DNA of 64,000 nt from Pavona decussata (GCA_977016875.1 CDRNST010000064.1:620001-684000); one strand, 5' to 3'. Positions 39,303-50,649 are shown, counted from the first letter of the stretch. Translations and numbers: made by a program. The notes: generated from the letters alone by a model not told the origin.

Positions 39303-42300
39303 ATGCCCTTTAAGAAGATTTGTTGCTGCCCGCAACATGCGGAGTGGGGTCACGGAGACCCTAGCGTGAAACAGTTGTTCAACACAACTTACGCGGAAGA
39401 AAAATTATGTTGCAGAGGGAAGTGGAGCTCCTCTGGACATAAAGAACGGAAGAGAAAGATTTGTGTTTTCTGCCGAGAAAGAATTCGGCTTCAAAGAAGA
39501 TGCGAAGTACTCGAGGTGAGCTTCACTAGATTTCTTGAAATTTAGGTGTGAAAGGTTTTGCGTCATTTCCGTGCGAGTCCTGTGTATGCTCTGAATTATA
39601 TAAGTAGTAATTGAAATGGTTTTTCTTTAGCTACAATTGATGCACGAGAGGAAGATCCACAAATGTGCGACGATGACCCTGACCCACAAGTAGATCTTCA
39701 TCAAATAGAGACAGAAGACGATCTTGAATTGGCTGTAGACGGAACAAAGCCTCCTCAAGACAAAGCATGTCAATTCCCCGAATCAAACAATCGTCGCTTT
39801 AGCTACGAGTCTCTTCAAGAGTGGCGAAAACGTGAGTTGAGATCTGAAATCTTACACAAAATAAACAATCTTGTGGAAAGCTACACGTCTTTGGGTGAGG
39901 CTGGAACTCATGTTATAATGAGAGACATCATGCAATCGAAAAAATTCCAGAGTGAATACAAAGACTTGTTTTCAAAGCCTTCTGGAACTGGAAAGGATGA
40001 CAAATTTTTGAAATCATTAGCAAAGGATTACAAGGAATCCAAAGACCGCGAAAAAAGCAAGCTAGTTCGGGCTCAGAGAGCAAAAGTTTCCCAGAAATTG
40101 TTGATTGGCAGGAGCATGAAAGATAGCAAATTGGAACTGAATGGAGCAGAGGTACAAGGAAAGAAGAGTAGAACTGAGGTGGCAAAAGTTATTGGAAGAG
40201 TGAGTACATATGGGGATGAACGACGGAGGCTTCTTTCAATTGTGGCATGGGACTTCAGCCAATCAGTTTTGCAGTCATACTTTAGTTGCTCGAGGAGCAC
40301 CATTACAGCACCTAGAGTACATTCTATATTGTTTGGCAGGGGCGGTGTCCCTCAAGATGGACTCCATTTCACCAGGCAGGCTGTCAGTCCTGAGGTAATT
40401 CATGAATTTGAGGAATTCCTTCACCAGGATGATATCTCGCGGCCATCATCGTGCAGAAGTGTTCTTGTGGATGGGAAAGAAACTGGTGTTCGCTACTGGC
40501 AGTGTGATATAAAAGATGTGGTTCAACAATACCAGCTAAAGTTTCCAAATGGTGTCAAGAGAAGCTATATTTATGCTCACATTCCAAAGAACTTTAGATC
40601 AAACTCAATGCTTGCTGGACTCTGCAATCTTTGTGATGATTTGGCCATTCCAACTTTGACTTGCTCCTGTCTCTCCTTGATGACCTTAAGAACCAAGGCG
40701 TATTGGATACTTCACATCCCCAGCTTGTGAAAGACAGCAGAAACTATCAAAAGTTTCTTAAGATGAAATTTGGCAAGCAGGTACACTATGACAGTTTATC
40801 ATTACATAGCACGTTGTGGTTCCATTTTATCCGCGGTTTGAATTTTATGATTGTTTGTTTTGTTTATGAATGATGGCATGTTTGAAACAGAGGAAAATCA
40901 ATTTTAAACCAAGGATGAAATTGAACAACAACACATACATCATTGGACATTTAGAATGCACACCCAACTATTGCAAACATGAAACTGAATTGCTAAACAG
41001 AAATGTTTAGAATGAAATCCCATTCTTTTAGGGAACCTTTGTAGTTCAGTTGTTATACTTTGTAACTTATGTCTGATTTGCAATAATGATGTCCTTATTT
41101 TTGAGAGCTAGAAAAGAACTAGTCTGCTCTTGTCCTAATCTGTAGACCTTCTTGTACAATTAGCTGACAGTAAATAAGCTACATTTGTCTTCCTAGCTTC
41201 AGTGAAAGCTAGAAAGTTTCACAGTTTTACTTATCGGGATTACTTATTTGGATTTTAGGTTGAGAGGCATTCCCCTTGTGCTGAATTGTGCCTTGACTAT
41301 GCTCTTGGAGATTGTTTGGCTGAACACAAATACATTTCCTCAGAAATTGAAATGTTTCATGAGTTGAGGAAGCAAGTTAATGAAGCAGTTGAGAGGGTTG
41401 GTGATCAACAGAAGAAGGCCTCGCTTTCAAAGTCCTGGAACCAGATAGTATCAAATCATGAAGAGTATTTGGCTCATTTGATCCGCACCAAACACCAAGG
41501 TGGATACTATCAGTACATCCTTGACAACCTTTCACCCGGTGAAATTGTAGTCATAATTGACTACAAGATGAAGGTTGAGCTTGGAATGAGAACAAGGGAG
41601 AACCAGCGTGAATGGTATGGCAAAAGAGGGATCTCCCTTCATGGATTTTTTGTTATTGCTCAGGTAAATAAACTACATGTGTTGTGAACCATAATTTACT
41701 TTTGTCAGTTGGTTTACTACAGTATTTGTTTTTAAAATTTTAGAAGACTTGGATGTTGGTCTGTGGAGAAAATAGTAGATTTTATCAACTAATTTTTTTG
41801 ATTAATGTGTTGTAGGTGATATTTGTTCTCAGGATAAACCAGTAATCAACCTAGTTTGATCCAGTATTTCATTTTTGCCCAAAACCTAAGTATTCCTAAA
41901 TGTGACTAATTAAGGTTGGGAGCCAAAATATATTCTGGGTTAACCTGAGAGCTGATTTTTTTCTTCATTACAGATGGACATTATACATGAACTTTTCTCT
42001 ATGTCGTTACATTGTATCATTTCATGTGAGATCCAATCAGGAATAGGAATTTATTTTCCATTGTTGACGTTAGTGTAGGTAATAGAGCTACTCTATTTGG
42101 CATTTGTATGTTAAAGGAGTGATGTGATATTTTTTGTTTGTCAAAATCACTCTTTTGTGGTTGGGTTGACTGGAAGGCTTGTTTTAAAATACGTTAAACC
42201 ATTTCTTATATTCCTTTTAGGTGGAAGAGGGTCAGCGAAATATCGAAGTAATCGACTTGTGGTCAGAAGACACGAAACAGGATGCCTGGTTCACACAGAG

Positions 42301-42368
42301 TGCCCTGGATATTGGTTTCAGGTGGTTGGAGAGTGTTTATCCAGGATTTTCAGTCTACCTGTTTTCTG
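39303..42368 (+). pseudogene. Intron-containing DDE transposase, probably Sola3-like (continuation displaced by the Polinton insertion)
   Basis: Exons about 39303-39515, 39631-40780, 41259-41663 and 42221-42368 with GT-AG borders. Motifs IIDYKMK...RENQREWYGKRGISLHG and EDTKQDAWF...YLFS. Frameshift near 40640. Confidence 0.65.
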
Positions 42369-42481
42369 GTAAGTGAATAAAGGATAATTTCAAAAACCAA
42401 TGAAGGCTTGGGTATTTTCTATCCAGGTAAAGATTGGTCATTATTTGGGATCACCAGAAAGGAAAACTTAATGTATATCTT

Positions 42482-42656
42482 CAGGGGTTTCTATAAGAGC
42501 AGGCAACCGGTGAAATTTGCCATCTATATCAAGCAAATTGACCTAAATTCACCGCCTACTTTCACCGAAATTAATAAAATTAGAGTAAAATTTAACTTCC
42601 ATTAGCCGCCTACTTTGCAGTTTTTGCCGTCTGCTAAAAACGTATTGAAACCTCTG
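42482..42656. mobile_element. Small MITE with CAGGG-type (hAT-like) ends
   Basis: caggggtttctata ... tattgaaacctctg imperfect TIRs; TSD unclear (tatctt / tgtctt). Confidence 0.45.
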
Positions 42657-42698
42657 TGTCTTACAGGTCAGTAGTTAAGGGGGTAGATAGAGGTAACA

Positions 42699-42751
42699 AC
42701 CAATCAGGATCGAGTATTTCAAATTTGGACCAATCAGGATTGAGTATAAAA
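42699..42751 (+). promoter_or_regulatory. Two 19-bp direct repeats containing CCAAT boxes in the Polinton terminus, the second running into TATAAAA
   Basis: accaatcaggat(c/t)gagtat at 42699 and 42729, 30-bp period. Confidence 0.6.
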
Positions 42752-42885
42752 TCGAAAGTGTCATGGCCGCCAGCGAGGGGGGTTGGTCAACCCAAAAATC
42801 ATGCAACACCATGATTAGTCACAGAACAGTCTTTAATTTTCAATAATCCGAACAGTTTTACAAACAACAAAATGTTTTTTCAATG

Positions 42886-45800
42886 TCAATTGTGTTGTGA
42901 ACATGGTTCTCCATCAAAAAGATCGCACACACAGTCAAGATTCATGTCATCACTGTCACGGTCCGCATAGCCGTACGGATAGGACACGAAAGTGTTTGGG
43001 TTGACCACCCGTTTGTCAAACACCAATCCGTATTGTTTGGTTCTGGGGATGACCCGTAGCTCTTTGGTGGCAGCATTGCGTGTGAAAAAGTAGGGGTTGA
43101 CCACATCCACTTGTCTCCTTTCTGCTTGGGGTGATGTGATTTCATCAATGACATTTTGCTTTAATACGGGGTAATTAAGCTGACTTGCACCACGCACGTT
43201 TCCAAGTGTGAATCCACGCACTTTGCATTCGACTTTACCCTCGGCTGTGACGTAACCGTAGTTTTTGGGGCCGCCCGATGTGAAATCGACGATGTGATCT
43301 CCGTCGGATAACTCGTTGGTTAATTCACCCAAGTAATCCCCCACATCCAGTTTTGGTTCACAGGGAAGTTGACGGTAGATGACGGAATCTGTATCGAAGT
43401 AGAGGACTTGTTGTTGAAGAGTTTTGAGATAGGAATACAACTTCAATCTGGCGTGACATGTTGTGAAAGCTTCGATGAATATGTTTGTTTTGCCGTTTTC
43501 TACACACTCATCGTTTGGGGAATTGTAGACTAACTCTAAGCGTTCTTCACTGCAAATTCGAACTGAGGTGATTTCGCGTAGAGGGTCGAGAACAACCTGA
43601 TAAAGCTCGTCTGGTGCACTCACGGCAATGGTGGAGGCTTTGTTTAGATTTTCACCAAATTTACCCCAGAAGGAGTTGAGCATAAGCTTGGCGGTGGCTT
43701 TTTTTCCGGGGTTTTTTGCGATGCAGACAGGATCGAGGTTGATGCCTTCTTTTTGCGAGTAGTTAGCCACGTATTCTTCCTTTTTGGCGGGGGTGTCGAC
43801 CCAACCCGGATAGCCACTGGCTTCTGTTTTGATCTTTAACCAGGTGTTCACGTATTGCTTGAATAGACCCTCTTTTTGCTTTGAAGGGGGAAAATTCCAC
43901 ACTTCATGAATGGTTAGAATGACATACCCTTGTGTGACAGCTTCTTGTAACTCGGGCGTACACCACGTGCCAACGAGTTGTCTTTCTTCCACGCTATGTT
44001 TGCAAATGAAGGTCCTCTCTTGCATGGGTTTTTCCATTTCTGTTTCGACACAGGTGCGACAAAGCGGAAACGTGAGCTTTCCACCATGACGAAGGGGAAG
44101 AACGGGATGGAACAACCAACGTGGTGGAAGGATGGTGACTTTGGCCAACCCAAAGAATTGATTTATGTTGACATTTTCTAATCCTGTGGTGATGATGTCG
44201 GGATGCTTGACAGGATATGTTTTGTACTTGTTTACCCAGGGGTAAAGGGAAGTGACATCCTGATAATGGATTTTTTCTTGGTCATCGACATGATGATAAA
44301 GCTGGACGGCGTTGGTTCTTCCACCGAAAAAGGCATCACGGGGGCGAAGCGGGGAAACGAAATGTTGTGAAGCAAGAAACGTTTTGAGTGTCTCGTTGTT
44401 TTTGCATTCACGTTTCCAATCGCATTCCCACGCAGTGAAGAGATGAAATCCTGCTGCGCGGATTTTGTCAGCTTTGAGAAGGGTTGCACTGTAGGAATCC
44501 TGGAGGGATAATTCAGGCCTTTTGTTTGTGCAGAGGAACCGCTTGTCAGGGTAACAACGAGGACATCCGTGAAAGAAGCAACCGTTGTATTCGTAGACGG
44601 TGTTTGTTGACGAGTCGAATCCATCAACGAGATAACCGGCAACACGTACTTCCCCACCATTGAATGCGTGTCGTATACGGTCAGCTGTGGCCTCACCAGG
44701 TTGACTTAGTTGTTTGTTTTTCCATGTGAGCCACTGTCTTGCTTGAAAGGATTGATTTGACTGAGCACCTTGCCATCCTTGGGGAGGTTCGACAGCTATG
44801 GTGCGCGGTTCTAATCTCTTCTTTCGCCAATAACGATGACAGGCGGAAGCGATGGTGATACACTTTTCGAGGGGGTTGAAGTCGGCCTCCTGTCTGAACT
44901 GTTCGATGAAAGAACGACAACCGGCTTTGAGAAGTTTGACGTCTGATTCACAGTAGGATTTCATTTCGTTGACGAGGGTGAATTCATAATTGCTGGCGAC
45001 TTTGCTGGCATGCCACCGTAGAAAGTCTTCTTTCTTTTTTTAGGACATTCCGTCGGGATCGTAGTATCAAACGTCAGGCATAGCACCACTGTATGTCTGG
45101 TTTTCGTCAGTATTGAAGAGATGTGGGAAATAACCTTTGCAGAGTTCTGTGAGCCCGAATGTTGCGGGAAAGGAGGACAGCGGGAATGGAAGAAAGCAGA
45201 GTGAATCCTTGAACGTGATGCGGTCGCTGCGAAAGGACAACACTTTGGCGCCAATGGAAACCATGCCTGTGACTTCTCGATGATTTTCATAACAGTGTTG
45301 CAGCAGGAACATACCGTCGTACCCCTTTAGGTTATGGAAGAAGACGATCACATTTCTGTCATCAGCGTCAACATCTACAGCGAGATCTTCAAGCGATTCC
45401 ATGAAGCTGTCAGTGCAGTTTTCACCATAGATGACTTGACAATCGTCTGACTCGTCTGTCTCATACCAAATCAAGATGGGTGATTGTACTCCACCTACAT
45501 CAGTAATGGCTTCAAAATCAGCATACACCAACAACGGGGGTTCTCTTTCAACGACAACATACTCATCGGTTTGTTCGATGACAACACGACCTGCCACATC
45601 AGCTGGATACACTTTCTTGGTTTTGGGGAGATCATCGTCTTCATCGACTTGTTGTATGAAGCAAAGGTGTTTAGAGATTTCCACATGCTTTTCACAATTC
45701 TTGCATTTAGCCCACCCACATTTGTTCCGAGGACCTTTGGGTTTTCCATCACGTTTGTATTTGATCTGATAATTTTTGCAACAAGCTGGGCAGTATTGAC

Positions 45801-47001
45801 TGTAGTCGCATACACTCTTGGTGTTGATGGTTCCTTTGATGGAATGGTTGGCTAGACATTGTTGCCCGTAGAATTTGCGACAACATATTTGACACTCTGC
45901 GAGTGGTTTGGAACGAACACCAGTGGTACCATTTACGGCATCGGAAAAATCTGTACAGTTGCGATTGAAGCAACTTTGACACTGATCTTTATTGCAGCTG
46001 TGGTGTTGGATGTCTTCGCTGTTGTAACCTCTGTTACAGTTGTGGCAAAAATAGGACTTGTTGAGAAATCCACCAAAAGATGTGCATCCGTCAAAGTGTT
46101 CTCCGTCTTGAATGAGGAGAATGAGTTTGGTGGAATCAACGGGACCAGCGTAAACAATCATGTGAGGTCGACCCATTTTCAAGACTTTGATTTGGTAACC
46201 AGTTAAGACGGTCTGAAATTTGGCAATATCTTCTAAATTACACGCCCCTTCTGTAACACCTGCGAGAGTGTGGAGTTCTCTTGCTTTGAGTGCTTGAATT
46301 GAATGACCTCGACGGAGGGATTGGTAACTGGTCACAGGTGTCTCTCCGTTTTGTTCGTCTGCCCAGGCCTTCATGGTGACAATGGCACGCGCACAGCAAA
46401 GGGTGTCTTTGTTCTTGATTGATATACGACTTCGTTTGGTTATGCCACGTACGGCGGCTTTGACGGGACCATATTTGGTTTTACCACTACCAGCTGGTGG
46501 CATACGTATTGTGGTGACATCCATACTGAAGTTTCCGTCAGGGTCGAAGGATTGGTTAGAGTTGAGTTGTTTGGCTAATTGTTGAAGGTAGGTTCCAAAA
46601 CGAGGTGTGTTGTCTTCCACTTCTTGTGCGAAAAAATGTACGGATTGATGACAATGATTGTTTGAAGCTGAGAAGGCATTTGATTGAAGTGTGAAATGGA
46701 TTCGATCTTGAGGGTTGAGTGATTGATCCGAAAGGGTGTGTCTTAACGCGCGATGAATGGCATCAGCCAATTCCCCACCCAGATCATCTCCTTCGATAGG
46801 GGCTCGAAGTTGTTGTAGGTTTGCATTGAAGCGTGAACGTTGAACGATGTTTCTCCACCGTCGTGGTTGCTGAGCGGGTTGAAGGTTGAAATGAAAGAGG
46901 GCTTGTTCACCTCCACCGACTTGCACCACAGGATCCAAATCCACCTCATGACACCACTCATCATCGTCGGACCAGTCAATCATCGAATCTTCATTTGCCA
47001 T
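42886..47001 (-). pseudogene. Protein-primed family B DNA polymerase (pPolB) with two in-frame nonsense codons
   Basis: ExoI YADFE, ExoII HNLKGYDG, YQDVTSLYP, KLMLNSFWGKFG, YFDTDS; inserted Vsr-like nuclease motif VDGF...YEYNGCFFHGC. ORFs 45067-47067 and 42886-44964 are in the same frame, separated by TGA (45067-69) and TAA (45040-42). Confidence 0.95.
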
Positions 47002-47048
47002 CGTGAAGTTAGTGGATTGAGAAAGCGCGGTCCTTCTTTTATAGGGTC

Positions 47049-47135
47049 TGAGATCATGTGAGATCATGTGAGAGCATGTGAGATCAATGTGAGATCATGT
47101 GAAATCATGTGAGATCATGTGAGATCATGTGAGAT
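47049..47135. repeat. Tandem 10-bp repeat (TGAGATCATG) x ~8.5 in the divergent promoter region
   Basis: Directly visible; lies between the pPolB start and TATAAAA at 47190. Confidence 0.9.
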
Positions 47136-47329
47136 TGGAGGGTACCCATCCCCCAATGTGTACCCAGGTTTCTCTCGGTCAGGAGAGAGTATAAAAGGAA
47201 TTACGTTGTGTTATGTAGCGTGAAAATTGTTGAAGGGATGTTTTCAAAGGCAAAGAGGATTGGACGTGTCGTTACTCTGATTAGTCGTGTTGTGTATTTG
47301 TGGTGTCAAATTCATTTCTTGCCTTACAT

Positions 47330-47815
47330 ATGGCTTCCAATAGCGAGAGTGGCTTATCCAGTGGTCGGCCTCCTAAGCGGAGTAATGAAGATGCGTATTA
47401 CCGTCAGTCGTCATCGGGGTTACACAAGAATCGAAGGAAACGCAAGTATGCCATGATCGACAACGCACACCGCACGTTTAGGACAAAGGAACAATGGGTC
47501 AAATTTGATTTGAAGATGACATTGCTGCCTGAGTCACGACCAATGGTGTTGGCATCCAAAGAAAATCTGGAAAGATATGACATTAAGATGGCTTCATTGA
47601 AAGCAGGAGTGGAGAGCGACTGGGATAGATTACCTCAGGAACTTCAGGAAAGAATCTACGAACAATCTGTCATGCTGCACGCTCGAGAACAACACGAAGC
47701 AAAATGGAAATCCATTATGGCGGATGTAATGTCTTTTGGAGATTGCACTTGTTCCAATAATCCTGACTGCGATGGACACCACCCCAGGAATGTCTTGATC
47801 AATTGGAGATATAAG
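47330..47815 (+). CDS. Predicted constant exon of the spliced cassette gene (162 aa): NLS, F-box-like motif, Cys/His cluster
   Basis: TATAAAA at 47190; ATG at 47330; KNRRKRK; WDRLPQELQERIY; CTCSNNPDCDGHH; ends at phase-0 donor AAG|GTGAGA (47815/47816). Confidence 0.8.
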
Positions 47816-47877
47816 GTGAGATATAGAAAATAAGTGTTTTTAATTTTTGAACACCACTATTTTTTTTTTTTTGTTAG

Positions 47878-48177
47878 TGTGGTGTTCAAGCAATCACGGA
47901 AAAGGATGTACGATTGAGTTTACGATCGCTTGATGCTAAGGAAAGAGGATATTCTATTGTACGTACCGAAAGAGGTTTTAGGGAAGGGGAGCGTCGCGAG
48001 AGATTAATACGTTGTTGGCATCACGAGTGTGGTTTTATAGGGTGTCGGTATTTTATGAGTGGTTGGCCTTTGCTGGGTACCCACCATGTGTGTAGGATAT
48101 GTAGACGTCCTGTTAGTCATGAATTACTCTTAAGATATCTGTGTGAAATTAGTCTGCCGTGTGAAATTAGTCTTTGA
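47878..48177 (+). CDS. Alternative terminal exon 1 (99 aa, Cys/His-rich)
   Basis: T-run+gttag acceptor; open in phase 0 (CGVQAITEKDVRLSLRS...); no start ATG. Confidence 0.75.
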   Translation, partial: CGVQAITEKDVRLSLRSLDAKERGYSIVRTERGFREGERRERLIRCWHHECGFIGCRYFMSGWPLLGTHHVCRICRRPVSHELLLRYLCEISLPCEISL

Positions 48178-48189
48178 ATTTTGTTTTAG

Positions 48190-48612
48190 ATGAAAAATTT
48201 TAGTAGAATCGACGCTGACAGCCGTATTGACGTTTCAAGTGTGGGTGGTGTCTACAGATGGTACAGATTTAAAGAGAGGAGCATGAAAAGCATGGAGGAA
48301 ATTTCGCCATTTCGTGTTGATCAAAGAATTTATATCCTTAAGTTTTATGAAAGATTTGAATTGTTGGATGAATATGATAAAGTATGTAATTGTTGCTTTG
48401 CACACAAGCGAATGATTTTTGGAAGCGAACTTGTGTACTTTAACATACCCATTTTATGTTATAATACACACAAAAAGCCAAGAAGGTGTGATCCTATTTC
48501 ACGGGCACGCGTTTTCATGGGATACAAACAAGATTATTATAAGTCGTTTAGTCAAAAGAGGTTGGAAGACGGTTCCATTTCGAATGTGTCATTTAGAATT
48601 GTCAATCGTTGA
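48190..48612 (+). CDS. Alternative terminal exon 2 (140 aa)
   Basis: ttttgttttag| acceptor; paralogue of exons 3 and 4; CNCC motif. Confidence 0.8.
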   Translation: MKNFSRIDADSRIDVSSVGGVYRWYRFKERSMKSMEEISPFRVDQRIYILKFYERFELLDEYDKVCNCCFAHKRMIFGSELVYFNIPILCYNTHKKPRRCDPISRARVFMGYKQDYYKSFSQKRLEDGSISNVSFRIVNR

Positions 48613-48624
48613 TTTTTTTTTTAG

Positions 48625-49071
48625 TTGGAAACATTATCTGCAGCCAATGTTGACTGTCGTATCTCACCTGGAGCTGTTGGAGGATTAAAACGATCACACA
48701 GATACAATCTTTGGTGGCACCGTTTCTATTATTACGGCAATAGTAGTCTTGTTGTCAGAGAAAGAATGGTGCTCGTTCAAAATCGTGTATATAACGATAT
48801 TTGTGAATGTTGTAAGGAGGAAAAGAATTGGCTAGTGAGACAAAGACCCAACCCTAGACATAATTTGGAGGATAGAATGAAAACAAGAAGAAGCGATGAC
48901 GGCTATAAACATGGCGATTATATTAAGTATACTCATATATATTATTGTCAACCTTTTGTTAGAGGTTTTAGATATATAAAATGGCGCAATAAGTTAATTG
49001 CAGAGACCCGTAGTCAAAAATGTTTAGGAAATGGAAAGTTCGATTCGAAATCATTCAGATATATTAAATGA
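48625..49071 (+). CDS. Alternative terminal exon 3 (148 aa)
   Basis: T10-ag| acceptor; starts at TTG, and homology to exons 2 and 4 begins well before any ATG; CECC motif. Confidence 0.8.
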   Translation: METLSAANVDCRISPGAVGGLKRSHRYNLWWHRFYYYGNSSLVVRERMVLVQNRVYNDICECCKEEKNWLVRQRPNPRHNLEDRMKTRRSDDGYKHGDYIKYTHIYYCQPFVRGFRYIKWRNKLIAETRSQKCLGNGKFDSKSFRYIK

Positions 49072-49086
49072 TTTGTATTTTTGTAG

Positions 49087-49500
49087 ATGAATACCATGAA
49101 AAAGCTCGGTACAGATTGCCGTATTTCTGTTAAAAGTGTTGGAGGATTGCAACGTGGGGATCGTTATTTGGAGTGGATGGAAGCCTATTTGTATGATGGT
49201 TATTTGTTTCACAATCGCCTGGCTTATTTGTATAACGAAAGGCAAGCCTTGTATTCGGCGGCTTATCCGAAAAGATGTATTTGTTGTGATCTATCATACA
49301 CGGAATATGTACCTCAAATGTTTAAACATAACCTTTCCGACGAACTGTTTAATAAGTTTTATTTTCCACCGGCACACGCGTGTTATTGTAGACCGGGTAT
49401 TAGGGGAGTTATCATGAAGGGTAACCATATTCAGACATTGAGTCAAAAATGTTTGGGTAATGGGATGTTTGACACGGTGGCTTATCGTTATGTAAAATAA
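49087..49500 (+). CDS. Alternative terminal exon 4 (137 aa)
   Basis: tttttgtag| acceptor; CICC motif; paralogue of exons 2 and 3. Confidence 0.8.
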   Translation: MNTMKKLGTDCRISVKSVGGLQRGDRYLEWMEAYLYDGYLFHNRLAYLYNERQALYSAAYPKRCICCDLSYTEYVPQMFKHNLSDELFNKFYFPPAHACYCRPGIRGVIMKGNHIQTLSQKCLGNGMFDTVAYRYVK

Positions 49501-49512
49501 TTTTTTTTACAG

Positions 49513-49736
49513 TGTCATTGTCCATTTTTGAGTGGTGTAAAGTCAAGAACCTACCCAGGACCTATCCAACGTTTGACGACTAGAGGCTGTATTCGAATGC
49601 GATCCCACTTGAGTAGATATGTTAGAGCTTTACGTAAACGGATGTATGTGCATATATTAGATGAGGGTTGCGCGTGTTGTGTTTGAAATGGAGAATGATT
49701 GAGTGTCGTTTGCGAAATCCTATTTTGATTTTTTGA
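49513..49736 (+). CDS. Alternative terminal exon 5 (57 aa as is; a frameshift at ~49681 truncates a ~73-aa frame)
   Basis: ttttttttacag| acceptor; CHCPFLSG...CACCV*; the shifted frame LKWRMIECRLRNPILIF* ends at 49736. Confidence 0.65.
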
Positions 49737-49748
49737 TTTTTTTTGTAG

Positions 49749-50036
49749 ATGGATTGGTGGTATAGCAATGACGCGTCAGGTTTGAGAGTGATGGATCGTA
49801 AACTTTCAAAGATTGGGTGGTGGGGGCAACGAATGGGAGGAGTTTTTATGGAGATGTTTTGTGCTGGCTATGCTGCATCTGTTGAGCGAGAAAGAAAAAT
49901 GGAGGAAATATGGGATAATGAAATGGGACCTGTATGGTTTGACGCAGAGTGTGTTTGTTGCAACAGATCATTTTATGATTGTGCAATTTTAGACGTGGAT
50001 TTTGAATTTGGTACAATAAAATCTGAATATTATTGA
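49749..50036 (+). CDS. Alternative terminal exon 6 (95 aa)
   Basis: ttttttttgtag| acceptor; CVCC motif; paralogue of exon 7. Confidence 0.8.
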   Translation: MDWWYSNDASGLRVMDRKLSKIGWWGQRMGGVFMEMFCAGYAASVERERKMEEIWDNEMGPVWFDAECVCCNRSFYDCAILDVDFEFGTIKSEYY

Positions 50037-50049
50037 TTTTTTGTTTTAG

Positions 50050-50364
50050 ACTGATTTTTGGCGAGCTGATTATGATGGTCTGACGACATATTTGTTGGGT
50101 CCTTTTGATTCAAAGTTGAGCGGACTGGTGTACATTGGACGCTTACTTGGGGACGAGATAGTAGTGCGTTATCAAAGAGATGAATCGATTAGAGAGGTCA
50201 CGCGAGAGAGAATGTTTAAGATATGGAATGAAGATGTAATTGATTTGAGAGATGACTGGAATAGTGTGTTGTGTGAATGTTGTGGTAATTCGTATGTCAT
50301 GTGTGCACCAAAAAAAGATATGTTTAAAGTTTATACGTGGGTTAACGCTTTGCAATTTGTATAG
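50050..50364 (+). CDS. Alternative terminal exon 7 (104 aa)
   Basis: ttttttgttttag|ACT GAT TTT TGG in phase 0; TDFW aligns with MDWW of exon 6; CECC motif. Confidence 0.8.
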   Translation, partial: TDFWRADYDGLTTYLLGPFDSKLSGLVYIGRLLGDEIVVRYQRDESIREVTRERMFKIWNEDVIDLRDDWNSVLCECCGNSYVMCAPKKDMFKVYTWVNALQFV

Positions 50365-50649
50365 GCTGATTATACAACACAACCTTATGATGTTTGGATG
50401 GATAAATGGTATGACGAAAGACTTGCTCACAAGAGGATGCGTAAAGGAAGAAAGCTTGGTCGATCTCTGTTGAATGAATATCATCGTTTTATACCGTTTT
50501 ATGTGCCTTTTTTAGTTGAATACCAAATTAGTATACCAAAATACCAAGAACAAAACTTGAGAAGAAGGATGCGGGTCGAAATATATGTTTTTAAAGCTTT
50601 AGGTCGTGGAATAAGAGGACATTGTTTACCTGTTACTTATCCTTTTTAG
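50365..50649 (+). CDS. Alternative terminal exon 8 (94 aa)
   Basis: Acceptor is the TAG stop of exon 7; ADYTTQPYDVWMDKWY... open in phase 0. Confidence 0.7.
   Translation, partial: ADYTTQPYDVWMDKWYDERLAHKRMRKGRKLGRSLLNEYHRFIPFYVPFLVEYQISIPKYQEQNLRRRMRVEIYVFKALGRGIRGHCLPVTYPF

Noticed and set aside
42655-42669. ttacag as the next splice acceptor of the transposase gene
   Set aside because: Joining gives Gly instead of the expected catalytic Asp; it is more likely intron sequence that forms the Polinton target site.
43914-47061. Overlapping and antisense ORFs within pPolB (and likewise within capsid, protease and integrase)
   Set aside because: Shadow frames of long coding sequences with no motifs.
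47049-47135. CRISPR-like array
   Set aside because: Head-to-tail 10-mers with no spacers and no cas genes.
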